Shown: positions 1-9,548, numbered from the stretch's first letter. The stretch is 64,000 bases of DNA from Minisyncoccota bacterium (GCA_041917695.1 JAYRXE010000037.1:66155-130154); one strand, 5' to 3'. Numbers and translations: made by a program. The notes: a model not told the origin generated them from the sequence alone.

Positions 1-243
1 GCGCCACTGATTTTGTCGGCGGCTTGATAGGGAAGCGAGTTTCAACGATCTCCCATTAGTTTTGCGATCCCCGGTTTTCCGGGGATTTTTTTGTGGACCC
101 GGGGGAAGTTCACACGTTGAAAACCCACGGTTTTCAATACATTCCTTCACGGGAGACCACTCGTGTTCTCCCGACCCCACTCCGGTTCAATTTCCAGCTC
201 GCAGAAAAAGAAAAAATGCCCTAAGGCATCTTTTCTTTTTCAG

Positions 244-314
244 TGGACCCGGGGGGAATTGAACCCCCACCTCCGCAATGCGAATGCGGCATTTTACCGT
301 TGAACTACGGGCCC
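244..314 (-). tRNA. tRNA-Ala, anticodon CGC
   Basis: Reverse complement folds as a cloverleaf: acceptor GGGCCCG/CGGGTCC with a G3:U70 pair (alanine identity element), anticodon stem CCGCA/TGCGG, loop TTCGCAT, T-arm GGGGG-TTCAATT-CCCCC. The D-stem is weak (3 bp). No CCA is encoded. Confidence 0.65.
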
Positions 315-493
315 TAAAATATTCACTATTCGGGCGAACAGCAAGGCTGTTTTAGCCCATATGAATTTGCTTATTGAGAGTACCGTGAGGATGCTGAGTT
401 TTCAAGATAGAGAGGGAGTATATTGACTTTTCTTAGTAAAAATGGTATACTTATACCAGTAAATTAAATAACCTCAGAAAGGAGCGGAAGCTC

Positions 494-1075
494 GTGAAGG
501 AACTCTATCTCGCTTTGGCGAACCTGTTTCTCTTGGCTACCGTCTCTCTTTATTTCTGGAATCTGATAAAGAAGGGCGTTACGCCAAATCCCACCACGTT
601 TTTCGTGCGGTCAGTGGTAGGAGTGATGAATTTCGTTTCGTATCTTGCTGTAGTCAATAAAGACTACCTCAAGATAAGCTCGCTTGTTCTCTCCACCCTC
701 GGAATGCTCCTCATTTTCTTCTACGCACTCGCAAAGAAGAGAACGACCGAGCTCCGCAGGGCAGACGTGATCTGCGGAAGCGCCGCACTCGTCATCGGGG
801 TGATATGGAAAACCACCGAAAACGATCTGCTGGCGAATCTTTTGCTCCAGGCCGTGATGCTTTTTGCTTTCTATCCCGCCATCGAAGGCGTATGGAAGGG
901 GATTGCAAAAGAGAAGGCATTGCCATGGGTCTGCGCCGTCATTTCCTACGGATTCATGACCTGCGCGGTGGCAGGGAACGGATGGGAGGCCTTGGTGCAT
1001 CCCGTCATCAGCGGAATTTTCGGCAATGGCATCCTCGCCGTTGCGATTATCATAAAAAATAAAAAAGGGGCTTAA
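494..1075 (+). CDS. multi-pass integral membrane protein, function unknown
   Basis: GTG start 6 nt after an AAAGGAGCGG ribosome-binding site. 193 aa, almost entirely hydrophobic helices. A hairpin terminator follows. Confidence 0.5.
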   Translation: MKELYLALANLFLLATVSLYFWNLIKKGVTPNPTTFFVRSVVGVMNFVSYLAVVNKDYLKISSLVLSTLGMLLIFFYALAKKRTTELRRADVICGSAALVIGVIWKTTENDLLANLLLQAVMLFAFYPAIEGVWKGIAKEKALPWVCAVISYGFMTCAVAGNGWEALVHPVISGIFGNGILAVAIIIKNKKGA

Positions 1076-1095
1076 TGCCCCTTTTGTTTTTACCC
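1062..1095. terminator. bidirectional rho-independent terminator hairpin (AAGGGGC-TTAAT-GCCCCTT flanked by A and T runs)
   Basis: Perfect GC stem between convergent genes 494..1075(+) and 1090..1824(-). Confidence 0.5.
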
Positions 1096-1824
1096 GAGTT
1101 TTTTCGCCATGACGATTTTCACATTGGTCCAGGTCCGGTCAGTGTTAAAGCTGGCGCAATCCATTTTTGGCTTTGGGAATATAGAACAATAATGTTCCCA
1201 CCACTGACTCCTGAAGTGAGGATTAAATTGGCGGTCATTTTTCTGGTCGTTCTCATAACATACCAAACTGAAAAAGCATACAGCAGCACCCCGTTCGTGG
1301 TCTCCGAAAGCTTCCTTTTGAATTTCGGATTGGCTATCACCTTCAAGCATAAAGATGTATTCAAGGCGCTTTTCAAATTCTACGCCGGCAAAATGCTCAA
1401 TAAGCCAATCAGCCTGTGAAGGCGTGATGCACTGTTCAAAAAGATTTGTCCTGTCTCCGAGGCTATTTCTGAAAGCTGAACTGTCTACCTCTCCTTCGAT
1501 GGTATATACATACACGGTCATTTCATCGGTGGCAGGATACTCTTTGAACAACATTGTTGCTTTATGGTTTCCCGTCGCTCTTTTTGCAAAGCGGGAAGTC
1601 TCCCGTTCTGCAGCCGGAAAGGCGGGGATTTTTATTTCTACACCTGTCCATACAAGCTTTTTTGGTACACCAGCTTTCAATTTCCTCAAAAGTGATTCGA
1701 GACCCGTTTCGAATGTGCGTAGCAGATTTCTATCGCTTGCGATGAATTTTTCATCTTCAGAAGTAAGAATTTCCTTCTGATTTTCCTGGAAGATAGTGCT
1801 GAGATTTTTTGGGCTCTGTCCCAT
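1090..1824 (-). CDS. hypothetical protein (244 aa), soluble
   Basis: Long ORF with ribosome-binding site AAAGGAG. Preceded on the coding strand by the conserved CAGnAATTCAATAACTTAA motif shared with genes 3838..4689 and 6192..7046. A terminator overlaps its stop codon. Confidence 0.45.
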   Translation of the reverse strand: MGQSPKNLSTIFQENQKEILTSEDEKFIASDRNLLRTFETGLESLLRKLKAGVPKKLVWTGVEIKIPAFPAAERETSRFAKRATGNHKATMLFKEYPATDEMTVYVYTIEGEVDSSAFRNSLGDRTNLFEQCITPSQADWLIEHFAGVEFEKRLEYIFMLEGDSQSEIQKEAFGDHERGAAVCFFSLVCYENDQKNDRQFNPHFRSQWWEHYCSIFPKPKMDCASFNTDRTWTNVKIVMAKKLG

Positions 1825-1884
1825 ATAAACTCCTTTTTAAGTTATTGAATTTCTGAGCTAGTTCTACATTCAAATACGGCCTGC

Positions 1885-1915
1885 GTCAAATAAAAAGCCC
1901 CGCTAAGCGGGGACT
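1885..1915 (-). terminator. rho-independent terminator overlapping the stop codon of gene 1903..2664
   Basis: On the minus strand: GCCCCGC-TTA-GCGGGGC followed by TTTTT. The stop codon lies in the hairpin loop. Confidence 0.45.
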
Positions 1916-2664
1916 TTGTCTTTACGTTTCTTTTTTCTTTTCTTTTCAATTTCATCGCGGATCTCTTCAAGGTATCGCATGTTTTCTGCTATTACCGCTT
2001 CTTTCCGTTTTTCCACTTCCTCCGGAGTGAGCTCATTATAATCAAAGCATTCGCACTCATCCTCGTCGCAGAAATCACAGGGAGCGAATTCCCATTCGAT
2101 TACTTTTCCATTTGGCAGAGCTGAGACGTGCCCGTCGGAATAATGGTGGAGAAGCATACACGGACAAGCTTCCTGCCGAGGGGTAAGGAAAATATCGAAG
2201 GTGGGAAGATTCAAATCGCATCTCTCAATATCCCGATATGTTCCGATGTAGGTAAAGCCATGGGACGCATCAACCTTTAGAGGAATATACAATCCTTTTG
2301 CGAGGTCGAAGATCATAAACGCCAGGCCGAGACCGCGGTTGTATTCCGTCTTCTTGCTGGTACCTGCTTTTCTTAGGGCTTCGAGGTCGTAGCTTTTTGT
2401 GCCGAAGTCGCGTATCTCGAAGTAGAGATGGCGGTTCATAGCATCGTAGAGTATGTATGCCTCACCCTTGCCGTCCGCGTGGTCGTAAATGTTTTTCAGT
2501 ATTTCCTTCATCAGGGAATACATCTGTTGCCAGTTTGCCCGCGGAAATCTCCGTTTCAGAAATGGGATGAACGTATCGCGGAAGGGGCGAAAAAAAGCGT
2601 CCCGTTCCATGTCGTTTCCCGTGAATTGAAAATGAAGCTCATGGATGAACCCTTTTTTAGCCAC
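1903..2664 (-). CDS. hypothetical protein (253 aa) with a Cys-rich acidic C-terminal segment and a Lys-rich tail
   Basis: Uninterrupted ORF with C-terminal CPCMLLHH...CDFCDEDECECFDYNE followed by KKRKKKRKDK. I recognise no family. Confidence 0.4.
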   Translation of the reverse strand: MAKKGFIHELHFQFTGNDMERDAFFRPFRDTFIPFLKRRFPRANWQQMYSLMKEILKNIYDHADGKGEAYILYDAMNRHLYFEIRDFGTKSYDLEALRKAGTSKKTEYNRGLGLAFMIFDLAKGLYIPLKVDASHGFTYIGTYRDIERCDLNLPTFDIFLTPRQEACPCMLLHHYSDGHVSALPNGKVIEWEFAPCDFCDEDECECFDYNELTPEEVEKRKEAVIAENMRYLEEIRDEIEKKRKKKRKDKVPA

Positions 2665-2730
2665 TGTGGCCTCCGTATTAAATTAGTTAATTATTACTAG
2701 CCTCTTTCTACCCCTTTCGGGGGAGGGGTG

Positions 2731-3051
2731 TCAATTTTTCTTTTTCTTCAGGAGGTTTTTTTCCGTATAGATGGGGATGCCGTCTTTGGGGAGCGCGAAG
2801 TTGATGGTGTAGCCTTCTTTCTTCAGTTCTTCCATCCGGGCGATTTGTTCTTCCGAAAAGTTGATGGGAAAGGTGAATTGCCCGCCGGGATGGCGCTTGA
2901 ATTCCTCGACCATTTTTTTCGGCGGCTTGGGCGCGAGCTTGCCACTGATGCGCTTCAGGAGGGAAGCGGGCTTCTGGCCCCGTTCGTCCGGTGTTTCGGG
3001 CGCAAGAAGGATGGTGATCTCTTTATGTATTTCCGGTTTCTTTTTTACCAT
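2731..3051 (-). CDS. small basic hypothetical protein (106 aa)
   Basis: ORF only; Lys-rich ends. Confidence 0.3.
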   Translation of the reverse strand: MVKKKPEIHKEITILLAPETPDERGQKPASLLKRISGKLAPKPPKKMVEEFKRHPGGQFTFPINFSEEQIARMEELKKEGYTINFALPKDGIPIYTEKNLLKKKKN

Positions 3052-3146
3052 GTTCCACTATTTTAATTTGAACCCCCGTTTCGGGGAAGATGCTTTATCC
3101 ACAGGACGCTTTTGACAAGTTTGACAAGCGTTTTAAAATTGAAGCT

Positions 3147-3803
3147 ATGATGCACCCTATCCAAGAGAAGCTCCTTGAGCTCGCCGAGAAAAAGAATCTC
3201 GGCACGATGACGCTCCGCGAGATCGGCAGCTACATCAACGAATCCGCTCCGCAGAAGGTGAAGCACCACCTGGGCCAGCTCGAAAAGAAAGGCCTCATCC
3301 GCGTCGACCGCGTGAAGGGGATGATCGAAAAGACCTCCCCCGGACTTTCGCATGGATTCGTCCTTGCGGCGAAGCTTTTCACGGTGCCCATCGTCGGCAG
3401 CGCGAACTGCGGTCCCGCGCAAATCCTCGCCGAGGCGAATATCGCCGGGTACCTCCGCGTTTCGAGCACCTTTGTGGGGCGCAAGAAGGCGCAAGACCTT
3501 TTCGCCTTGAAAGCGTCCGGCCCCTCGATGAACCGCACGAACGTCGGCGGGAAGACCATCGACGACGGGGACTACGTGATCATAGACCGGAACGATTGCT
3601 CGCCCCGGAACGGCGACGTGGTGCTTTCCATCATCGACGGCATGGCGAACATCAAGAAATTCTACCGCGACGAGCGGAACCAGCAGATCGTCCTCGTTTC
3701 CGAATCCACGCAGAACTTCCCGCCCATCTGCATCCACTATTCCGACAGCTTCTCGGTAAACGGAAAGGTGGTGGGGGTCGTGAAGAAGCCGAAGATCAAA
3801 TAA
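3147..3803 (+). CDS. lexA: LexA-like transcriptional repressor (N-terminal wHTH plus C-terminal S24 peptidase domain)
   Basis: N-terminal MMHPIQEKLLELAEKKNLGTMTLREIGSYI...LGQLEKKGLI (winged-helix). C-terminal KASGPSM with the catalytic Ser in an S24-type G-x-S-M context, and a downstream Lys in NIKKFYRD. ATG at 3147 chosen inside the longer ORF. Confidence 0.7.
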   Translation: MMHPIQEKLLELAEKKNLGTMTLREIGSYINESAPQKVKHHLGQLEKKGLIRVDRVKGMIEKTSPGLSHGFVLAAKLFTVPIVGSANCGPAQILAEANIAGYLRVSSTFVGRKKAQDLFALKASGPSMNRTNVGGKTIDDGDYVIIDRNDCSPRNGDVVLSIIDGMANIKKFYRDERNQQIVLVSESTQNFPPICIHYSDSFSVNGKVVGVVKKPKIK

Positions 3804-3804
3804 A

Positions 3805-3840
3805 TAAAAAATCGCCCCAGTGGGGCGATTCGGCTTTTTA
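3805..3840. terminator. bidirectional terminator hairpin (ATCGCCCC-AGT-GGGGCGAT) between lexA and gene 3838..4689
   Basis: GC-rich stem flanked by A-run and T-run. Confidence 0.5.
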
Positions 3841-4689
3841 AGCCATCATACCAACTTTTCCGCGTATCGCTTCAATTTCTGCGGCCGCTTTTTTCACGAA
3901 ATAGCCCGAAATATTTTCGTACGTGGATTCAAATCCCATCTCTTTCAAGAGGTCCCGATTGTCTTTCCATGTGAGGAGAAGCTTTTCCACTTTCTCTTCT
4001 ATCGGCATGCTCACCGAAGTGCGCGCGGCAGTGATTTCGTAGGTAAGCTGGGGGAATTTTTCCCCGAACCGCTTATCGAGAAAGGCTATCGCTTCCCACA
4101 GCGTCTTTGCCGGCTCCCGGAAGTTTTGGGAAAGCCCTGTGGAGGAAATGTTTCCCAATCTGATTCCGAACGCAAGAAGTTCCACTACAGCATAGCCGTC
4201 AGGCTTACGCTTCACAGAAACCACGATTTTCTTTATTTTCTTTTCCATCCTTTTCAGTATTTCTCCTGCGAGAAGTTCAGGAAAAAGTTCTTTGTTTTTC
4301 CTGAGTATTTTCATAAATTCCGGTATTTTGTTTTTCCACGCAATTTTCTTGAGCGGAACATAGATAACGGAAAAAAGGAGGAGCCACAGCACTACTCCGC
4401 CACACATGCCCCCCAAAAAAATAAGGAATAGCGTGCCGGGATCGAGAAGGCTGTCGCCGAACCAGCGGTAGCACAAGAGAGCGCTTCCAAGCGCAGAAAG
4501 AGGAAGAACAGTAAAAAAGATCATCCAGAAAGCCCATGTATGGCAATCGGCTCCGTCTAAATATGATTTTCCCACGGGGAGTTGCGATGCCGCCAAGGGT
4601 AGGTCGTCAAAGTCCATTTTTCTCAAGAAGCCCGAAAGGAACTTCTTGGCTTTTTTGTTTGCGCCCATTTGAGAAATTGTAGGTACCAT
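3838..4689 (-). CDS. membrane protein (283 aa; N-terminal cytoplasmic segment, two TM helices, C-terminal soluble domain); paralog of gene 6192..7046
   Basis: Shares with gene 6192..7046 its length, its TM topology, a W-K-N-K-I-P-E-F versus W-K-K-N-I-P-A-V-A-E-F segment after TM2, and the conserved upstream 19-nt motif. Confidence 0.5.
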   Translation of the reverse strand: MVPTISQMGANKKAKKFLSGFLRKMDFDDLPLAASQLPVGKSYLDGADCHTWAFWMIFFTVLPLSALGSALLCYRWFGDSLLDPGTLFLIFLGGMCGGVVLWLLLFSVIYVPLKKIAWKNKIPEFMKILRKNKELFPELLAGEILKRMEKKIKKIVVSVKRKPDGYAVVELLAFGIRLGNISSTGLSQNFREPAKTLWEAIAFLDKRFGEKFPQLTYEITAARTSVSMPIEEKVEKLLLTWKDNRDLLKEMGFESTYENISGYFVKKAAAEIEAIRGKVGMMA

Positions 4690-4751
4690 TTATCCACCTC
4701 GTTTTAAGTTATTGAATTGCTGGGGTCTTTGTATAACTTCCTTGACCATGT

Positions 4752-4783
4752 GTCAATAAAATAAAAACCGCCTTTCGGCGGTT
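4752..4783 (-). terminator. rho-independent terminator downstream of the helicase gene
   Basis: On the minus strand: AACCGCC-GAAA-GGCGGTT then T-run, directly after the TAA stop. Confidence 0.5.
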
Positions 4784-6130
4784 TTATTTCTTCTCAGAAC
4801 GCATAAGGAAATCGTCTTCGAGCGCCTGGGGCAGGGCGGGGTTGCCCTCGAGAACCAGCTTCTTCGTTTCGCGCGAGCATTCCCTCAATATGGCGTCGAA
4901 TCTCGTGATCTCGGGGCTTACGGTGAGCGCCGTTTCGTTTACGCCGAGCAGCTTTATACCTTCGAGCGAGCGCACGCGCGAAAGGGCGACGTACCCCATG
5001 CCGTGGCCAAAGGCCCTGCTCAGGTTTATTTCCGCCGCGTCGAGCGTCATGCCCTGGCTTTTGTGGATGGTGATAGCCCACGCGAGGCGCAAGGGGACTT
5101 GGCTGATGGAGGCGAGCACCCTTCCTTCCTCGTCTTCAACGTTCCAGCGTACGGCGGCCGCCGTGATGCATTCGCCGTCTTTCGTTTGGACGATGGGGTA
5201 GTGCGGCTCGTCGCTTTCGAACCCCACCACCGTGCCCAGCGTGCCGTTTATGTACCCTTCCGCGTGGTTGTTCCGCACGAACATGACGAGCGCGCCCTTC
5301 TTGAGTTCAAGCGTTTCGGGGGCAAGGCACGCCAGCTTGAGGGAATCGATGAGCTCCGCATCGCCGTTTCCCGACATGCGGTAGAAATGCGGCTCTCCCG
5401 AAAGCTTCCGCAATTCCCGGTCGTTTATGGAGTCGACGTCGTTCTTATGGCTGAAGAGCTTGGTTGCCGCGGCAAGTCCCGCGATTTCGCGGTTGATGCG
5501 CGTTTCAAGCGTCCTCCGCGTTTCCTCGTCCACGCCGCTGTTTCTGATGGCGTTCAGCACGCCCAGGAATTCCTCGTCCTCCTGGCGCCACTGCTTTTCG
5601 AGGTAACAGACCCACAAATCCGCGCGCTCCCAAGCTTCCGCGTGGAAAGCGTATTCGGGAACGGGCTCGCCCGGCCTTCCCACGGGCGGGAGTTGGAAGA
5701 AGTCACCGCACACGACGAGCTGGAGATTGCCAAAGGGCTCCGGCTTTCCGCGCACGAATCGGCAGACGCGGTCGATGAGCGAAAAAAGCTCCGCATCGAG
5801 CATCGAGATCTCGTCGATGACGAGCACGCGTGCGTCGTTGATGCGCTCGCGAGTGATGGTGTTGTACGCGAGCTTGTCCAGATCCTTTTGGGTGAGCGAT
5901 CTCCGCAGGGCGATGCCGGACCAGGAGTGGATGGTGCGCCCGTCCATGTGCGTCGCGGCGATGCCGGTGGAGGCCGTGATGGCGACGGGCACTTTGTGCT
6001 CCTTCAGGTAGGCGATATAGCTGTTCAGTACGTGTGTCTTTCCCGTTCCCGCGGCGCCGGTGAGAAAGACGTTCCGTCCCGTCCGTAAAATTTTCAGGGC
6101 TTCTTTTTGAGTCATGGATGCAGGTATCAC
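4784..6130 (-). CDS. PIF1/RecD-like ATP-dependent DNA helicase (superfamily 1)
   Basis: Walker A LTGAAGTGKTHVL, Walker B-like VLVIDEISM, and C-terminal helicase motifs with a QSQGMTLD-type motif V (ITIHKSQGMTLD). Size is typical for bacterial Pif1. The start may instead be the ATG at 6115. Confidence 0.75.
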   Translation of the reverse strand: MIPASMTQKEALKILRTGRNVFLTGAAGTGKTHVLNSYIAYLKEHKVPVAITASTGIAATHMDGRTIHSWSGIALRRSLTQKDLDKLAYNTITRERINDARVLVIDEISMLDAELFSLIDRVCRFVRGKPEPFGNLQLVVCGDFFQLPPVGRPGEPVPEYAFHAEAWERADLWVCYLEKQWRQEDEEFLGVLNAIRNSGVDEETRRTLETRINREIAGLAAATKLFSHKNDVDSINDRELRKLSGEPHFYRMSGNGDAELIDSLKLACLAPETLELKKGALVMFVRNNHAEGYINGTLGTVVGFESDEPHYPIVQTKDGECITAAAVRWNVEDEEGRVLASISQVPLRLAWAITIHKSQGMTLDAAEINLSRAFGHGMGYVALSRVRSLEGIKLLGVNETALTVSPEITRFDAILRECSRETKKLVLEGNPALPQALEDDFLMRSEKK

Positions 6131-6159
6131 TCTATGCTTGATGCGAGCCGAAAACCAGG

Positions 6160-6191
6160 GCGGATAAAAATAAAAACCGCCTTGCGGCGGT
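6160..6191 (-). terminator. rho-independent terminator after gene 6192..7046
   Basis: On the minus strand: AAACCGCCGC-AAGG-CGGTTTTT directly after the TAA stop. Confidence 0.5.
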
Positions 6192-7046
6192 TTAACGTAC
6201 GGGTTTGTATGTAACGGCCATAATGCCGTCCAAATCTTTTTCTATCATCCCGCGGTAGCGCAGGATGTGCTTTTCGGAAAGCTCGCGCCACGCTTCAAAC
6301 ACATGGGCGTAGCCGATTCTTTCAATGAATTCTATATGCGTCGACCAGGCTATCAAGAATTCCCTAAGCGTCGGCTCTAGGAAATCAAAAAGCTGAGGTC
6401 TCTTTTCCGCGAATGCTGCGGCGTCCCATTTGCCGAGAACCCCGCCGTATTCAGCGTAGATTTGTGCCATTTTTTCCCACACCGTGCGGGCAGAGCCCTG
6501 GTAAGAGTATTTGGCGAGCCAATCCTGCGGAATTTCAGCGAGTGACAAGCCGAATTCAAGGAAAAGAAGGATCTTATCGCCAGGCATGATTTCCCCGACT
6601 ACGTTTCTTGCAACTACCTGGATTTTCCCTACCCGCTCTTGGCAGGCTTCGGCATGCAGCTGCATGAAGTTGTGCGTAGGAGATTGGGCGAATTCCGCCA
6701 CAGCGGGAATGTTCTTTTTCCACATCGGGTGGATGAGCGAGATCTGCAGGAGCTTTGCAACGAACATGGTGCTTACCGCACTGGCGATGATGAGGAAAAG
6801 GCCGATGATGGGATCGCCTGCACCGAATTCTATAAGGTTGAAGGCGAAGAAGAAAAACAACATGCAGATAGGGAAGGCGAGGAACATCAAGTTTTTCTTC
6901 TGTCCCTGAAACCATTCGGAGCAGGAAATTTTCTCCCAGTCGAAGTTGAAGTCCTTTCCCGAAAGGTGGAAAAGCTTGGGAAGGGAAACGGTGTCGGTGC
7001 GGGCAAAGAAGGTTTTGGCAATTTCAGTGATTGCGGGTTTTTTCAT
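6192..7046 (-). CDS. membrane protein (284 aa), paralog of gene 3838..4689
   Basis: Same architecture and same upstream motif as gene 3838..4689. Confidence 0.5.
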   Translation of the reverse strand: MKKPAITEIAKTFFARTDTVSLPKLFHLSGKDFNFDWEKISCSEWFQGQKKNLMFLAFPICMLFFFFAFNLIEFGAGDPIIGLFLIIASAVSTMFVAKLLQISLIHPMWKKNIPAVAEFAQSPTHNFMQLHAEACQERVGKIQVVARNVVGEIMPGDKILLFLEFGLSLAEIPQDWLAKYSYQGSARTVWEKMAQIYAEYGGVLGKWDAAAFAEKRPQLFDFLEPTLREFLIAWSTHIEFIERIGYAHVFEAWRELSEKHILRYRGMIEKDLDGIMAVTYKPVR

Positions 7047-7231
7047 GGGTACCCCCTGTTAAGTTATTGAATTACTGGCCTCTTTTTACGAGAAAAGGGG
7101 AGTGATGTCAATTCGGTTGTTTTTCAGAGGGAAAGGGGAATAATGAAGGAAAGTTTGAATCCTTTTCGGTCTGCTAGATTGGTAACTTTGAACCCAAGCA
7201 AAATAAGGGTTCTAGGAGCTAAAATTAAGAT

Positions 7232-8371
7232 ATGGCAAACAAGAATCTTACAAACGCAAAGCGAGTAAAGAATGACGAATTTTATACTCAATACAGCGAT
7301 ATTCAAAAGGAGATTGATGCCTATTTGGAATACAATCCAAAAGTATTTCGAGGCAAGGTGGTGTATTGCAATTGCGACGACCCGTTCGAGAGCAATTTTT
7401 TTCGTTATTTTGTTCTCAATTTCAATAAACTTGGATTAAAGCGTCTCATCACGACGAGCTACAAACCATCGCCTGTTGCAAACACACAACTTGGGCTATT
7501 CGGCGATGATAAAACACTTGCGAAAGCAAAAGGCCGTCCAAAAGTGACTGCTAATAAATTTATTATCAATGAAGTAAAAGACATAGACGGCGATGGCGAA
7601 TTCAACCTGAAGGACGTCGCCAAGCAGTTAAAGGCAAACAAAAATAATGAATGGACACCACTCGAAGGAGACGGTGATTTTCGTAGTGACGAATCCATTG
7701 AACTGCTCAAACAATCTGACATCGTGGTAACAAATCCGCCATTTAGTCTGTTTCGCGAGTACATCGAACAACTTATTGAACACGATAAAAAGTTTTTGAT
7801 CATTGGCAACATGAACGCGATAAAATATACAAACGTATTTCCTCTATTGAAGAAGAATAGGATCTGGTTAGGTAACAACCACAAAGTTAATGGCGGAGCA
7901 ATGTTTTTTGAAATACCGGAAAAAATTGCCAATCTGGAACAGATTCGAGAAGTAAAAACAAGTGAGAGGGGCAAGAAAATTTATATCACTAGAGTACAAG
8001 GTGTTCGTTGGTTTACCAACCTTGACCATGGACGACGCCATCAACCAATACCCCTCATGACTGAGGCGGAGGTAATTAAGTTCGTCACAAAGGAACCTTT
8101 TAAGAAGTATGACAATTACGATGCAATAGAAGTTTCGTTAGTTAAAAATATTCCGAGTGACTATAAAGGATTAATGGGTGTTCCGATTAGTTTTTTGGAT
8201 AAGTATTCTCCAGAACAATTTGAAATAATTGATCTATTGAATAGGTATACTTTACTTGATTCGCAAAATACGAATGAGAGTGTTAGGGAGAGACATTCAC
8301 ACACCTGTAATATCAACGGCGTAGCAGTCTTCTCGAGGATTGCCATAAAAAACAGAAATACAAAGAAGTAG
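7232..8371 (+). CDS. N6-adenine DNA methyltransferase (motif IV NPPF)
   Basis: [10 protein letters not shown] is the catalytic N/D-PP-F/Y motif of amino-methyltransferases. N-terminal DEFYTQ is reminiscent of EcoRI-methylase-like families; this is recollection, not verified. First gene of the AT-rich island, and its stop is 1 nt before the next start. Confidence 0.7.
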   Translation: MANKNLTNAKRVKNDEFYTQYSDIQKEIDAYLEYNPKVFRGKVVYCNCDDPFESNFFRYFVLNFNKLGLKRLITTSYKPSPVANTQLGLFGDDKTLAKAKGRPKVTANKFIINEVKDIDGDGEFNLKDVAKQLKANKNNEWTPLEGDGDFRSDESIELLKQSDIVVTNPPFSLFREYIEQLIEHDKKFLIIGNMNAIKYTNVFPLLKKNRIWLGNNHKVNGGAMFFEIPEKIANLEQIREVKTSERGKKIYITRVQGVRWFTNLDHGRRHQPIPLMTEAEVIKFVTKEPFKKYDNYDAIEVSLVKNIPSDYKGLMGVPISFLDKYSPEQFEIIDLLNRYTLLDSQNTNESVRERHSHTCNINGVAVFSRIAIKNRNTKK

Positions 8372-8372
8372 T

Positions 8373-9542
8373 ATGAAAACGACCTTAAAAACAAATTTAA
8401 CCGTTAAAGAAGTCTGCGATGGTTTCGTTTATAACGAGTTTGAAGGCAAGGGTTTGTTTGGCTTGTCAGGTAAACTGACCATTCAGCCGGAGTATCAGCG
8501 AAATTATATTTATGCCTCTGATGGCGGCAAAAGAGAAATAGCAGTCATTGAATCAGTTCTCAAGGGATATCCAATAGGATTGATCTATTTCAATAAAGTC
8601 TCTGCTGACGGCTTAGAAGTTTTAGACGGCCAACAGCGCATCACCAGTCTGGGACGATTCATAACCGACAAATTTGCCATTAAAGATGAAAATGGCATGG
8701 AGCAATATTTTGGCGGCATGGCGAAAGACAAGCAGGCGAAAATCTTGGAAACGAGATTTCTTATTTACGAATGTGAAGGAACAGAGAGCCAAATAAAAGA
8801 ATGGTTCAAGACTATTAATATTGCTGGTGTTCCCCTTAATAATCAGGAATTGCTCAACGCAGTATATTCCGGTCCATTTGTAACCAAAGCCAAAGAAGAA
8901 TTCAGTAACAGCCAAAACGCCAACATTCAAAAATGGAGTGCGTATGTCTCTGGTAGCGCCAACCGCCAAGAATTTTTGGAATGTGCTCTTGATTGGGTGA
9001 GCAAAGGCAATATTGGCGACTACATGAGTAAGCATCGAAAAGACAAAAACATTGATGAGTTAAAAAGATATTTCAACGCGGTCATCGATTGGGTATCTAG
9101 CGTATTTACTGATGTTGAAAAGGAAATGCGCGGGCTTGAATGGGGACGCCTCTACGAGGAATATCACAAGAAATCATATAACCCAACCAAGGTATCTGCC
9201 GAAGTGCGCAAGCTCTACGGTGATCCATATATCAAAAATCACAAAGGCATTTTTGAATACGTTCTCGGTGGTTCAACCGATACCAAGTTGTTAGAAGTGC
9301 GCGTCTTTGATGAGGCAACGAAGAAAGCGACATATGCAACGCAAACAGCGGCGGCGGAAAAGAAGCATATTTCAAACTGCCCGCTCTGCGCCATTGGACA
9401 CGACGCCAACAAAGAGAAGATTTGGAAACTGGACGAAATGGATGCCGACCATGTGGCTGCGTGGAGCAAGGGCGGCAAAACCTCCACTAAGAATTGCCAG
9501 ATGCTCTGCAAGACGCATAACAGGGCGAAGGGCAACCGCTAA
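8373..9542 (+). CDS. DUF262 (ParB-like, DGQQR motif) plus C-terminal HNH nuclease; GmrSD-like
   Basis: [10 protein letters not shown] and [13 protein letters not shown] are the hallmark DUF262 motifs. The C-terminus CPLC...[30 protein letters not shown] is a canonical HNH (His-Me finger) motif. Confidence 0.75.
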   Translation: MKTTLKTNLTVKEVCDGFVYNEFEGKGLFGLSGKLTIQPEYQRNYIYASDGGKREIAVIESVLKGYPIGLIYFNKVSADGLEVLDGQQRITSLGRFITDKFAIKDENGMEQYFGGMAKDKQAKILETRFLIYECEGTESQIKEWFKTINIAGVPLNNQELLNAVYSGPFVTKAKEEFSNSQNANIQKWSAYVSGSANRQEFLECALDWVSKGNIGDYMSKHRKDKNIDELKRYFNAVIDWVSSVFTDVEKEMRGLEWGRLYEEYHKKSYNPTKVSAEVRKLYGDPYIKNHKGIFEYVLGGSTDTKLLEVRVFDEATKKATYATQTAAAEKKHISNCPLCAIGHDANKEKIWKLDEMDADHVAAWSKGGKTSTKNCQMLCKTHNRAKGNR

Positions 9543-9548
9543 AGCGAT

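Noticed and set aside
100-207. Possible second tRNA upstream of tRNA-Ala
   Set aside because: Only about 14 nt match a tRNA 3' end. The remaining sequence does not fold into D/anticodon/T arms. It is kept as a repeat/scar observation rather than a gene.
62-262. 66-aa ORF at window start
   Set aside because: The region is hairpin-rich non-coding sequence (terminator-like stems and a tRNA 3'-end repeat). The ORF has no ribosome-binding site and Pro/Gly/Arg-rich composition.
5003-6088. 361-aa plus-strand ORF
   Set aside because: It lies entirely antisense to the well-supported PIF1-like helicase gene in GC-rich DNA. It has Arg/Ala/Gly-rich composition typical of spurious antisense frames and no recognisable motif.
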